From NCBI GenBank assembly GCA_963726245.1, contig CAVSBT010000029.1, forward strand, positions 1-37,048: DNA of 37,048 bases, in the 5' to 3' direction. The DNA is from an uncultured Chloroflexia bacterium. GTDB lineage: Bacteria; Chloroflexota; Dehalococcoidia; DSTF01; JALHUB01. Shown here piece by piece: positions 19,211 to 28,047 of the stretch. The position numbers and the translations under genes are program-made. Under the pieces are notes generated by a model, which was not told where the DNA came from, searched no databases, and saw nothing but the letters and a program-made list of their open reading frames with translations. The first letter of the stretch is position 1. Each line of letters starts with the position of its first letter.

Positions 19211-22200
19211 CTACAACGCCGCTATCGAGGCGAGGACCTGCTCGTTGCTGACCCCGTGGACATCGATCGCCCCCGGCCAGCAGGCAGCAGCGCACGCCCC
19301 GCAGCCCTTGCACACGACCTCGTCGACCACAGCGACCCTCGCCTCGCCGTTGACACTGATCGCCCCAAAGGGACACACCGCCTCGCAGAGGCCGCACCCC
19401 GAGCACTTCCTGGCCTGCACCTCGGCGACGATCGCCGGCGCCTCCAGGGCCTCTTGCGCCAGGATGGAGGCTGCCCGTGAGGCTGCGGCCTGAGCCTGGG
19501 CTATGGCCTCGTCCAGGGACTTCGGACCGTGGGCCAAGCCGCAAAGGAACACCCCGTCTCGGGCGAAGTCCACCGGACGCAGCTTCATGTGAGCCTCGAG
19601 GAAGAAGCCATCGCTATCCAGAGGCACCTTCAGCAGGCTCGAGATGCGGGCGTTGTCCTCGTTGGGGACCGTCGGCGCGGCCAGAGCCAGGATATCCGCC
19701 TCCACCTTGACCACACGGTTGAGGTCGCAGTCCTCGCCCGTGACCAGCAGCGCCCCCGACCCGGCCTCTACCGAAGCCTGCGGCGGCGCATCCGGCCGGT
19801 AGCGGTGGAAGCGGACGCCTCGCTCTCGCGCCAGCCGGTACGACTCCTCGGACAGGCCGTACGTCATCATGTCGCGGTAGAAGACGCGCACGTCAATCTC
19901 GGGGTTGAGCTCCTTCAGCCTCAAGGCGAGCTTGACCGTCTGCCGGCAACAGGTCCGGCTGCAATAGGGCCTATCGTCGTTCCGGGAGCCGGCGCACTGG
20001 ATGAATGTGACGTTGCGGGCCCGTGCTACGAGAGCGCCCTTCGACGCTATCTCGTCCTCCAGCTCGAGGAGGGTTAGCACCCGCTCATCTGCGCCGTACG
20101 GGTAGCCGGTGGGTCGCCCTTCCTGTGCGCCGGTGGCAACGATGATCACGCCGTGCTCGATACTCCGCTCCTGCCCGTCGGTGCGGCCAGCGATGACGGT
20201 CGAGAAGTTGCCCACGTGGCCACGGACCTCCCGCACCTCGGCGTTCCGGTGGACGGTGATCAGCGGGTCGTTCTCCACCCGTGCGACGAGGGCTTTCACC
20301 TGCACGCTGACGTCCCCGCCGTCGAGGGAGTAGCGCAGGCGGCTGGCTATGCCGCCCAACTCGTCATTCTTCTCCACAATGTGGACAGGGAAGCCCTGCT
20401 CCGCCAGAGACAAGGCTGCCGTCATGCCGGCAACTCCGCCGCCCAGCACGAGGGCCGAGCGGTTTACTGGCAGCGAGAGGCGTGAGGCCGGCCGGGCAAT
20501 TCGTGCTCGCGCCACAGCCATGTTCAGCAGCTCGGCGGCCTTCCGGGTCGCGACCTCCTGCTGGTGCATGTGTACCCAGGAGCATTGCTCGCGGATGTTG
20601 GCCATCTCGAAGAGGGCGGGGTTCAGGCCGGCCTGACGTATGGTGTCCTGGAACAGCGGCTCGTGGGTGCGCGGCGTGCAGGCGGCCACCACCACCCGGT
20701 TTATGCCCAGCTCCTCGACGGCCTCGATGATGCGCCGCGACGTATCTACCGAACAGGTGAAGAGGTTCTCCTCGGCGTGCGCGACGTTAGGGAGGCTGCG
20801 GGCGTAGTGCACCAGCGACGGCACGTCCACGACGCGGCCGATGTTGGTGCCGCAGCGGCAGATGAAGACTCCGATGCGGGGACGTTCGCCGGAGACGTCC
20901 TTCTCCGCAGGATACTCCTTTGCGGTCGCCAGGCTGCCGCGAACATCGGCCAGAAGCTGCGCTGATAGGGATGCCGCGCCGCTCGCCATCGTCACGGACT
21001 GCGGGATGTCGGCGGGGCCAGCGAAGACGCCCGCCACGAAGACGCCGGCGCGAGAGGTGGAGACCGGCGAGGAGGGACTCGTGCGGCAGAAGCCGTTGCC
21101 ATCGATCTCCACACCCAGCTTCTCGGCCAGCTCCAGGCAACCGCTACTTGGCGCCATGCCCACCGAGAGCACTACCAGGTCGAACTCCTCCTCGTGGGCC
21201 GTGTTGTCTTCGCCCCAGAAGCGGATGAGGAGTCCCTTCGTCTCCTGCACCTCCTTGATCGTGGACACGAGGGTCCGGACGTAGCGTACGCCCGGCATGC
21301 GGCTCACCTGGCGGTAGTAGTGCTCGAACCCCTTGCCGTAGCTGCGGACATCGTTATGGAAGACGGTAGCCTCAATACCCGCGTCGTGCTCCCGGGCCAT
21401 CGTCAATTGCTTCGCCGCGTACATGCAGCACACCGCCGAGCAGTAGACCCGGCCGCGCGCGGGATCACGAGAGCCGACGCACTGGATCCAGGCGATCCTC
21501 TTTGCCGGCTGCCCATCCGAGGGACGAATCACCTGTCCTTCACTGGGCCCGGAGGCGCTGAGGATGCGCTCAAACTCCAGTCCAGTCACCACGTTGCGGT
21601 AGCGCCCGTACCCGTACTCCGGCTTGTCCCTCGCATCAAACGTCTCATAGCCGGGCGCCAGGATGATGGCGCCGACGTTGATCTCCAGCCTGCTGTTCGC
21701 TCTGGCGCATGTCGATTGCCTTGCGGCGGCACGTCTGAGCGCAGATCTTGCACTGCTTCGACGTGTGGAAGAGGCAACGCTCCGCATCAACTACCGATAC
21801 TGCCGGCACGGCCTGGGCAAAGGGGACATGGATGCACTTCGTGGTCGACAGGCCCTCGTTGAAGGGGTCGGGCACGAACACGGGGCAGTAGTCGGCGCAC
21901 GTCCCGCAGCCGGTGCACTTCTCTTCATCAACGAAGCGAGGCTTCTTCAGCAAGACCACCGTGAAGTTGCCCGCCTCTCCCTGCACCTCATCGACACGCG
22001 CTCGCGTTATGATCTCGATGTTCGGGTTCCTCTCGCAGTCGATGAGCTTCGGCGAGAGGATGCACATCGAGCAGTCGTTGGTGGGGAACGTCTTGTCGAG
22101 CTGGGCCATCCGCCCGCCGATGCTCGGCGACTCGTCGACGAGGTAGACCTTGAAGCCCACCGCGGCCAGGTCCAGCGACGCCTGGATGCCGCTTACCCCG

Positions 22201-22295
22201 CCACCCACCACGAGGACAGCCCCCACCTTGGAGAGCAACTCCATGCCCGTCTCCGGCTGCTCGTCCAGCAGGCTCGAGGTAGTTGCCTCTGCCAT
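19211..22295 (-). CDS. hdrA: Large (~1030 aa) HdrA-family flavoprotein with two FAD-binding modules; one apparent frameshift (~21690)
   Basis: VLVVGGGVSG, GGRMAQLDKTFPTNDCSMC, ferredoxin insert, IQCVGSRD..CSAVCC, internal RIGVFICRCGTNI, AACTPRTHE, NIREQCSWVH, second LVLGGGVAG, IQCAGSR..CSRTCC, FLEAHMKLRPVDF, C-terminal 2x[4Fe-4S]. Confidence 0.92.
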
Positions 22296-23095
22296 CAGAG
22301 GACTCCCGCCTTCGCCAGAACCGGCACCGGGTTGACCATGTGCCGCCGCCACCACGACTCGGTTCCCTCCAACCCAAGCGCGCAGGCCAGCAGCTCGGTG
22401 AAATACATCACGGGAAGGCCGCGCTCGTCCTGTCGCGTGTCTAGATTCGTCTGGCACAGAGGACAGGCGGTGACGATGCAGTCTGCCCCCGCCTCACGGG
22501 CCATCTCTACCAGGCGGCCGCTCAGCCGGCGAACCACGTCCGGACGCGCCACCGCCAGCCCCGCCCCACAGCAATCGGTCTTGAACGACCAGGGACGCAC
22601 GTCAGCCCCAGCCGCGGACATCACCTGGTCCATCGACTGCGGGTCCTCGTAGTCGGCCCTGCCGGTGAGTTCGGGAGGTCTCACCAGAAGACAGCCGTAG
22701 TAGCAGACGACCTTGAGGCCGTTTAGAGGCCGCCGGAGCGACTCGCGGAGCCGGCCCAGCGTCTCTGAGCTGCTGGCTATGTCCAGCGCGTGGAGCACCG
22801 TCACTCGCGAGGACGATTCCTTCTCGGCCACCTTCAGCCGGTGGTAGCAGGCGGCGCAGGGCGCGACGAGGTAGTCTCCTTCCGCCTCGGCCAGCTCCAG
22901 GTTGCGCGTGGCCAGCGCCACCGCCAGCGCCGGGTCGAGCGAATGCGCCGCGCTGGCGCCGCAGCACGTCCAGCCGGCTAGCTCGTGCAGGTCTATCCCC
23001 AGCGCGCCATAGACCAGCCTTGTCGACGCGTCATACTCGCGCGACATCCCGTGCAGGGAGCAGCCGGGATAGTACGAGACGACCGTCACCCTCAT
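22295..23095 (-). CDS. hdrB: Heterodisulfide reductase subunit B
   Basis: YYPGCS, WTCCGA, APCAAC, YYGCLL, TDCCGAG, TACPLCQ (two CCG domains). Confidence 0.93.
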   Translation of the reverse strand: MRVTVVSYYPGCSLHGMSREYDASTRLVYGALGIDLHELAGWTCCGASAAHSLDPALAVALATRNLELAEAEGDYLVAPCAACYHRLKVAEKESSSRVTVLHALDIASSSETLGRLRESLRRPLNGLKVVCYYGCLLVRPPELTGRADYEDPQSMDQVMSAAGADVRPWSFKTDCCGAGLAVARPDVVRRLSGRLVEMAREAGADCIVTACPLCQTNLDTRQDERGLPVMYFTELLACALGLEGTESWWRRHMVNPVPVLAKAGVL

Positions 23096-23649
23096 TTTCC
23101 CTTCGCCCGCTCAAAGAGATGGCGCAGTTCCCCCGTCGCGGCCTTCTTCGGTAGGGCAAGGGGGATCTTGCCCTTCCGGACCATCCTTGCCCCCAGCCGG
23201 ATGTCCCCCGGGAGACGCCTGGCCCTCAGCGAGTAGCGGGCCATGAGCGCCATCTCGTGCACACGGCCGCGGGCTCTCACTTCGTCCAGAAAGGCACGGT
23301 AGAACGCCAGCACCCGCCCATCGCGGGGCTTCACGCCGGAGGCCGCGGCCCGCTGCTTCAGAGCGTCTATCACCCCCGCCACGTCCACGCCGTTCGGACA
23401 CCGGGTGGTGCAGGTCTGGCAGGAGGTGCAGAGCCAAATCCCTGAGCTACGCAGCGCCTCTTCCTCGAGGGCGGCCGCCACCAGCCTGACAAGCTGGTGC
23501 GGGGCAAGCTCCATGTCGTCGGCGACAGGGCAACCCGCCGAGCACTTCCGGCAGGAGAAGCACAGCTCGGGGTCCAGGCCCTCGACTCCACGGATGCGGT
23601 CAGCCGGTGAGACGCAAGCGCTCCTGGGCCCGGCTCTGTTGACAGTCAT
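23092..23649 (-). CDS. hdrC: Heterodisulfide reductase subunit C
   Basis: CFSCRKCSAGCP and IWLCTSCQTCTTRCP; GRVHE. Confidence 0.92.
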   Translation of the reverse strand: MTVNRAGPRSACVSPADRIRGVEGLDPELCFSCRKCSAGCPVADDMELAPHQLVRLVAAALEEEALRSSGIWLCTSCQTCTTRCPNGVDVAGVIDALKQRAAASGVKPRDGRVLAFYRAFLDEVRARGRVHEMALMARYSLRARRLPGDIRLGARMVRKGKIPLALPKKAATGELRHLFERAKGK

Positions 23650-23664
23650 GGCTACGTTGCGGGG

Positions 23665-24039
23665 TCAGACATCGACCAGCGTCAGGGCGCCGCTGGGACA
23701 CCACTTGACGCAGGAGGGGTTAGGCGGCACGCCACAGAAGTCACACTTGAGCGGGATATCGGTGTCCGGCTCTCGGAAGATGGGCTTCGCTGGGCAGGAG
23801 GCCCTGCAAATGAGACACTTGTCGTACTCCCGCCCGCCGATGACCACGATGTTTCGGGAGTTGCACTCGGCGTCCGTGTACGGGCCGGCCAGCTCCGGGA
23901 AGCACAGGTCATCCTTTCGAAACACCCTGATCCGCGAGCGCTGTGGGTCGACCGTGTCCGGCACGTGGTGCAGCGAGCACGCCACCTCGCACAACCGGCA
24001 GCCCGTGCACTTGTCGTAGTCGATCCTTATCTTCTGCAC
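23665..24039 (-). CDS. BamC-like multi-[4Fe-4S] electron transfer protein
   Basis: KCTGCRLCEVACS, RSRIRV, AGPYTDAEC, GREYDKCLICRASCP, FREPDTDIPLKCDFC, CVKWC. These match motifs recalled from BamC of class II benzoyl-CoA reductase; the C-terminus is shorter. Confidence 0.75.
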   Translation of the reverse strand: MQKIRIDYDKCTGCRLCEVACSLHHVPDTVDPQRSRIRVFRKDDLCFPELAGPYTDAECNSRNIVVIGGREYDKCLICRASCPAKPIFREPDTDIPLKCDFCGVPPNPSCVKWCPSGALTLVDV

Positions 24040-24063
24040 CCCGACCTCTGTCCCAGAGCTAGG

Positions 24064-25869
24064 TCACAGTTTCAGTTCAGACAGCTTCTCCGACGTCGGT
24101 ACGCCGGTCTCATCCCATCCCCGCATCCGGTAGTACTGCGGCAGCATCTGCCCGAGCGAGCACACCCGGCCCTGCGCGGGTCCGTCCGGCATGGGCTCCT
24201 CGAGCCAGCGACGGGGCAGCCGATCCTGCTCCTGCCCTACGCCGCACTCCAGATTGAAGCGCCGCTCCAGGTTCACCACCCTCTCGCCTATCTGACGCGC
24301 CGACTCTTGCGATAGCTCAAGCCCCGTGGCAGCGTTGGCAACCCGCAGGGTGTCTTCCAGCGGCAGCGCGATGGCCGCCAGCGGACAGACTCCCAGCGAG
24401 TCGAGAAACGCCTCCATGTCCTGACGCTCGATCACGCTGGCGACCACCTCCTCTGAGGGTGGGGCCTCCTTCGAGCCTCGCAGAAGGCGGCTCGCCAGGG
24501 GTGTCCCCTCGACCCGGCTCGGGCCATGGTTCGCCGTCGCGTACCAAAGGCCGAGCGCGTCGTCGCCGCGCGGGTCGTAAGGCGCGGCGGCGCGGCCCTT
24601 GACGCCCATGAACAGCTCGGGCTGTCCGTACCTCTCCGCCAGCGCCGAGGGCCCATCGGCCAGGATCTCGCCGGAGCGGCGGCGCTGGGCCATGCGGTTG
24701 AGCTGCAGCAGAACCGCCTCGGCGTCTCCGAATCTGAGCTCGGACCCCAGGTCCTGCTCAGGGATCAGGCCCTTCTCCGCCAGCTCCATGGCGCAGGCGA
24801 TGGTGGAGCCGCCGCTGACCGGGTCGATCCCCTGTTCGGCGCAGAGATAGCTGGCCCGGGTCACCGCCTGCAGGTCTGCCACGCCGCAAAGAGCCCCCAG
24901 CGCTCCCAGCGCCGCATGGTCCGGGCCCTCGCCGACCGCCGTCGAGTCAGCGGTGGGAATCTTGGTGAGCCGTCCGCAGGCTATCGGGCAGCCGAAGCAG
25001 CCCAGGCCGCGACTGAGGATACTCGCTGCGATGGCTCGGCCGCCGAGCGCGGCGCTCCCCTCGAGAACGCTGCTCTGGAAGTGCCGCACGCCTAGCGTTC
25101 CCTGCGAGCCGGCGGCCTCGATCATCGATGCGGTGCCCAGCGGCGAGAGCACGTCGCTGACCAGCGACGACCGCTTGATCCGGTCGACGACATGCGAGAT
25201 GGCGTTGCGGAAGGCCTCCCCGTCGGCCACCGGCAGTCCCCTCGTCCCCCGCACCGCGACCGCCTTGAGCTTCTTGGACGCCATTACAGACGCCAGACCG
25301 TCGCCCTGGCCAAAGCCGTAGCCGTCCGCCACGACCGTCGCCACCGCGGATAGCTTCTCGCCCGCCGGCCCGATTCCAAAGATCCGGGTCTCGCTGCTCT
25401 TCCAGGCGTCCCCCGCCTCGGAGCGGATGAGCTCTTCAGCCTGATGAACGGTGCGGCCCCAGAGATGGAGGCCGACCGCCGCTGTCACCGAACCATCGCG
25501 GACATTGAGGTACGAGGGCTCGGCGGCCTGACCTTCGATGATGAGGGCGTCGTAGCCGGCGAACTTCAGCTCGGCGCCGAAGTGGCCCCCGAGTACGCTA
25601 CAGGCAAGGCCGCCCATCGGTGACTTGGCCGCGACGCACCAGCGCGAGCTCCCCACCGCGCCGACTCCGGTCAGGAGCCCGGGGGCCACGACCACCTTGT
25701 TCCCGGCGCCAAACGGGTCCTCCCCGGCGCCTACCTCACTGGCAATGATGTGCGCCGCCAGTCCGCGCCCGCCCAGGAAGCGTCCAGCTACCTCCGGGTC
25801 AAGCTCCTCGACCGTGCGCTGGCCGGAACTCAGGTTGACCCGGAGGATGCGATTCGTTCTTGCGCTCAT
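24064..25869 (-). CDS. Aldehyde:ferredoxin oxidoreductase (AOR/WOR) family protein with degenerate active-site motifs
   Basis: ILRVNLS, FLGGRG, KSP, ELKFAGYD, IGPAGE, SKKLKA, CFGCPIACGR, YDPRG, DSLGVC, YYRMRGWDETGVPT; intact 601-aa ORF. Confidence 0.9.
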   Translation of the reverse strand: MSARTNRILRVNLSSGQRTVEELDPEVAGRFLGGRGLAAHIIASEVGAGEDPFGAGNKVVVAPGLLTGVGAVGSSRWCVAAKSPMGGLACSVLGGHFGAELKFAGYDALIIEGQAAEPSYLNVRDGSVTAAVGLHLWGRTVHQAEELIRSEAGDAWKSSETRIFGIGPAGEKLSAVATVVADGYGFGQGDGLASVMASKKLKAVAVRGTRGLPVADGEAFRNAISHVVDRIKRSSLVSDVLSPLGTASMIEAAGSQGTLGVRHFQSSVLEGSAALGGRAIAASILSRGLGCFGCPIACGRLTKIPTADSTAVGEGPDHAALGALGALCGVADLQAVTRASYLCAEQGIDPVSGGSTIACAMELAEKGLIPEQDLGSELRFGDAEAVLLQLNRMAQRRRSGEILADGPSALAERYGQPELFMGVKGRAAAPYDPRGDDALGLWYATANHGPSRVEGTPLASRLLRGSKEAPPSEEVVASVIERQDMEAFLDSLGVCPLAAIALPLEDTLRVANAATGLELSQESARQIGERVVNLERRFNLECGVGQEQDRLPRRWLEEPMPDGPAQGRVCSLGQMLPQYYRMRGWDETGVPTSEKLSELKL

Positions 25870-25966
25870 CGGTGCACTCGCGGGAATGGCGAGGCACAGC
25901 CCTCGCCTCTGGCCCGCATCCCATGACCATTGGGCGGGCAGCCCTTGCCAGCCCGCAGGGTTTGGC

Positions 25967-26185
25967 CTAGGCCTTGCCCATCAACCAATCGAGGCTCTTC
26001 TCCTCCAGCGCCTTGTCATAGCTGAATGCGGTGCAGGCGCGGCGGCAGATGCCGCAGCCCACACACTCATCGGATTCGACGTAGACGGTGTTCGTGTGGA
26101 CAGTGATGGCGCCGGAGGGACAAACCGCCTCACAATAGGGAACACGGCAATTCTGTCGACAGATTACGTTCATCATCTGGAGCAC
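25967..26185 (-). CDS. Small ferredoxin-like 4Fe-4S protein (72 aa)
   Basis: AAGGAG RBS; CRQNC..PYCEAVCPSGAI and CVGCGICRRAC. Confidence 0.8.
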   Translation of the reverse strand: MLQMMNVICRQNCRVPYCEAVCPSGAITVHTNTVYVESDECVGCGICRRACTAFSYDKALEEKSLDWLMGKA

Positions 26186-26215
26186 TCCTTCACAGCAGCC
26201 CTTCCCGTGCCGGGG

Positions 26216-27780
26216 CTAACCCAGGATCCGGTCCGCCTCTTCCTTGTCCAAGTCCATGACGTAGGGTATGCCGGAGACCGCTGCCGCTTCCGGCGTAAGG
26301 GCTACCAGGTCATCCCTCTCCAGGTACTGCAAGGCGAACTTGCGTGCCCCGGCCATTAGCTGCTTCAGCCCCCCTGCCAGACGGTCGAGGTAGTTGAGCA
26401 TCCCGATAGCCGATGGTGGTACACGCTTGAAGTCTGCGCCGAACCTCTCCTTGAGCGCGGCGGCCCCGACGAAGACCTTCACCAGGGCCTCATCGTAGTC
26501 CTCCGGGTCGGGGTACTCTCGCTCCTTCATCAGCTCCCCGTAGGTGTTGCCCACCATGGCCGCGGCCATGGTGGCCCGGCCCATGCAGCAGGCCTTCACG
26601 TAGGGGGCGCCGAGGGCGATGGCCTTAAAGATGTGGTCCTCCAGCGAAAGCCCCCCGGCGATGGCGACCGGGGGTACGTAGGCGCCCCTCTTCGCCAGTC
26701 GGTCCAGGTAGTCGTAGAGCAGGCATTCCAGGTAGACGGTGGGGATTCCCCATTCGTTCATCATGCGCCAGGGGCTCATGCCCGTGCCGCCGCCGGCGCC
26801 GTCCACGGTCAGCAGGTCGATCTTGGCGTCAGAGGCCCACTTACTGCCCGGGCGAGGTCCGCCGGACGGTAGGCGCCGGTCTTGAGGGTGACGTACTTGG
26901 CGCCTATGCCGCGCAGCCGCTCCACCTCACGATGGAAGCCATCTTCACTGACCATCCCCAGCCGCGAATGCCGCTCGAATCCGTGGAGCGCCCCCTGACG
27001 GAAGGCGTCTCGGCTCACCGCTTGCGCCGGGTCGGGTATGACGAGGTACCCGCGGCTCCTGAGGAGATCGGCGCGCTCCAGGGTCGGCAGTTTCACCTCG
27101 CCGCCGATATCCTTGGCCCCCTGGCCCCACTTCATTTCGACGGTCTGCACGCCGAGCTTCTCGACCACGTACTCCGGGACCCCCAAGCGGCCGTCCTCCA
27201 CGTTGTACTGGACGAAGATCCCGCCCCAGCCGTCGTACCACTCCTTGAAGGTGTTGACCCGGCGCTCCATCTCCGGCGAGCGGACCACCCTGCCGTTCTG
27301 GATCTCTGCCTCCGGGTCCATGCCGCAGACGTTCTCTCCCACGACGACAAGGATGCCGGCGATGGCTGCGGCGATAGCCATGCCCTCCCAGTGCACGCGG
27401 GCGATGTCGGTAGAGCCGAGGGCGCCGGTGAATACCGGAAGCCGCATCTTGAGAGACCCATCCGCACCCACGGCGGTCGTGACGTCAACGGCAGGGAAGA
27501 TCGCCTCGTCCGGATCGGCCTCTACCCCCACGGCGCCCACGCAGGTTCCCATGATGTTGAAGTGGGAATAGTCGATGGGGTAGTCCTTCTCGGAACCGGC
27601 CGTCACCTTCCCGAAGGGTTGAGGGTAGAGCATCTCGCGGCCTCGCAGCGCGGACCGGCCTATCTCGCACGGGCCAGTGCAGCCATCGAAGCAGGTGGTG
27701 CACATCCCTGATATCGGCGAGACGTCAGCTCGCGTGGTCGTAAGCGTGGCCGCACTGGCGTTAGGCTTGCTGAGTGACAT
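26216..27780 (-). CDS. Stand-alone FMN-binding glutamate synthase family protein (~520 aa) with N-terminal Cys cluster; one apparent frameshift (~26842)
   Basis: AAGGAAGGAG RBS; CTTCFDGCTGPC; GALGST, VVGENVCG, EMKWGQGAKDIGGE, TVDGAGGGTG, IAGG, KAIALGAP. Adding one A at GTAAG gives AVKWASDAKIDLLTVDG and joins the two ORFs. Confidence 0.85.
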
Positions 27781-27901
27781 CATTGCTCCTTCCTTGACGA
27801 CAAGCAGTCGTTGGCACCCTTTGAGCTGGCGTGGTTGACACAGCAGGCAATGTCGTGAAAGGCCAGGGCGGGGTTGCGGCGGGCGGTGGCCGCTTGCCGT
27901 T

Positions 27902-27930
27902 ACCCTACCCGCCCGACGCGCCTGTGTCAA
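27902..27930 (-). promoter_or_regulatory. Putative sigma70 promoter of the redox operon
   Basis: TTGACA (27930-27925), 17 bp spacer, TAGGGT (27907-27902), ~120 nt upstream of the first start codon. Confidence 0.55.
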
Positions 27931-27977
27931 GCCGGCTGTCGGCGTCGCAACTCGCAGGTTCGGGGCGATTCTGGGGG

Positions 27978-28030
27978 TGGCGGGCGCTGTGGGGCTCGAA
28001 CCTAGGACGCCCGCGACTAAGAGTCCACTG
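27978..28030 (-). pseudogene. Degenerate tRNA-Lys(CTT) 3' fragment
   Basis: Minus strand CAGTGGACTCTTAGTCGCGGGCGTCCTAGGTTCGAGCCCCACAGCGCCCGCCA has the GACTCTTA anticodon loop, GGTTCGAGCCC T-loop and a CCA end. Anticodon and T stems are mismatched, and the 5' acceptor strand and D-arm are missing. Confidence 0.6.
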
Positions 28031-28047
28031 GTCGCGGTGATCGCAGG

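Noticed and set aside
18746-22295. Selenocysteine recoding in MvhD/FlxD or HdrA
   Set aside because: The relevant positions are Cys codons with no in-frame TGA; the hdrA break is a frameshift.
24064-25869. Calling the AOR-family gene bamB (class II benzoyl-CoA reductase)
   Set aside because: It lacks the BamB W-ligating Cys motif and His/Glu-rich active-site segment; the backbone (EGP, YDPRG) is of the ordinary AOR type.
26809-26860. Programmed ribosomal frameshift in the GltS-family gene
   Set aside because: No slippery heptamer; one missing A in a short run restores the frame, like the other indels in the window.
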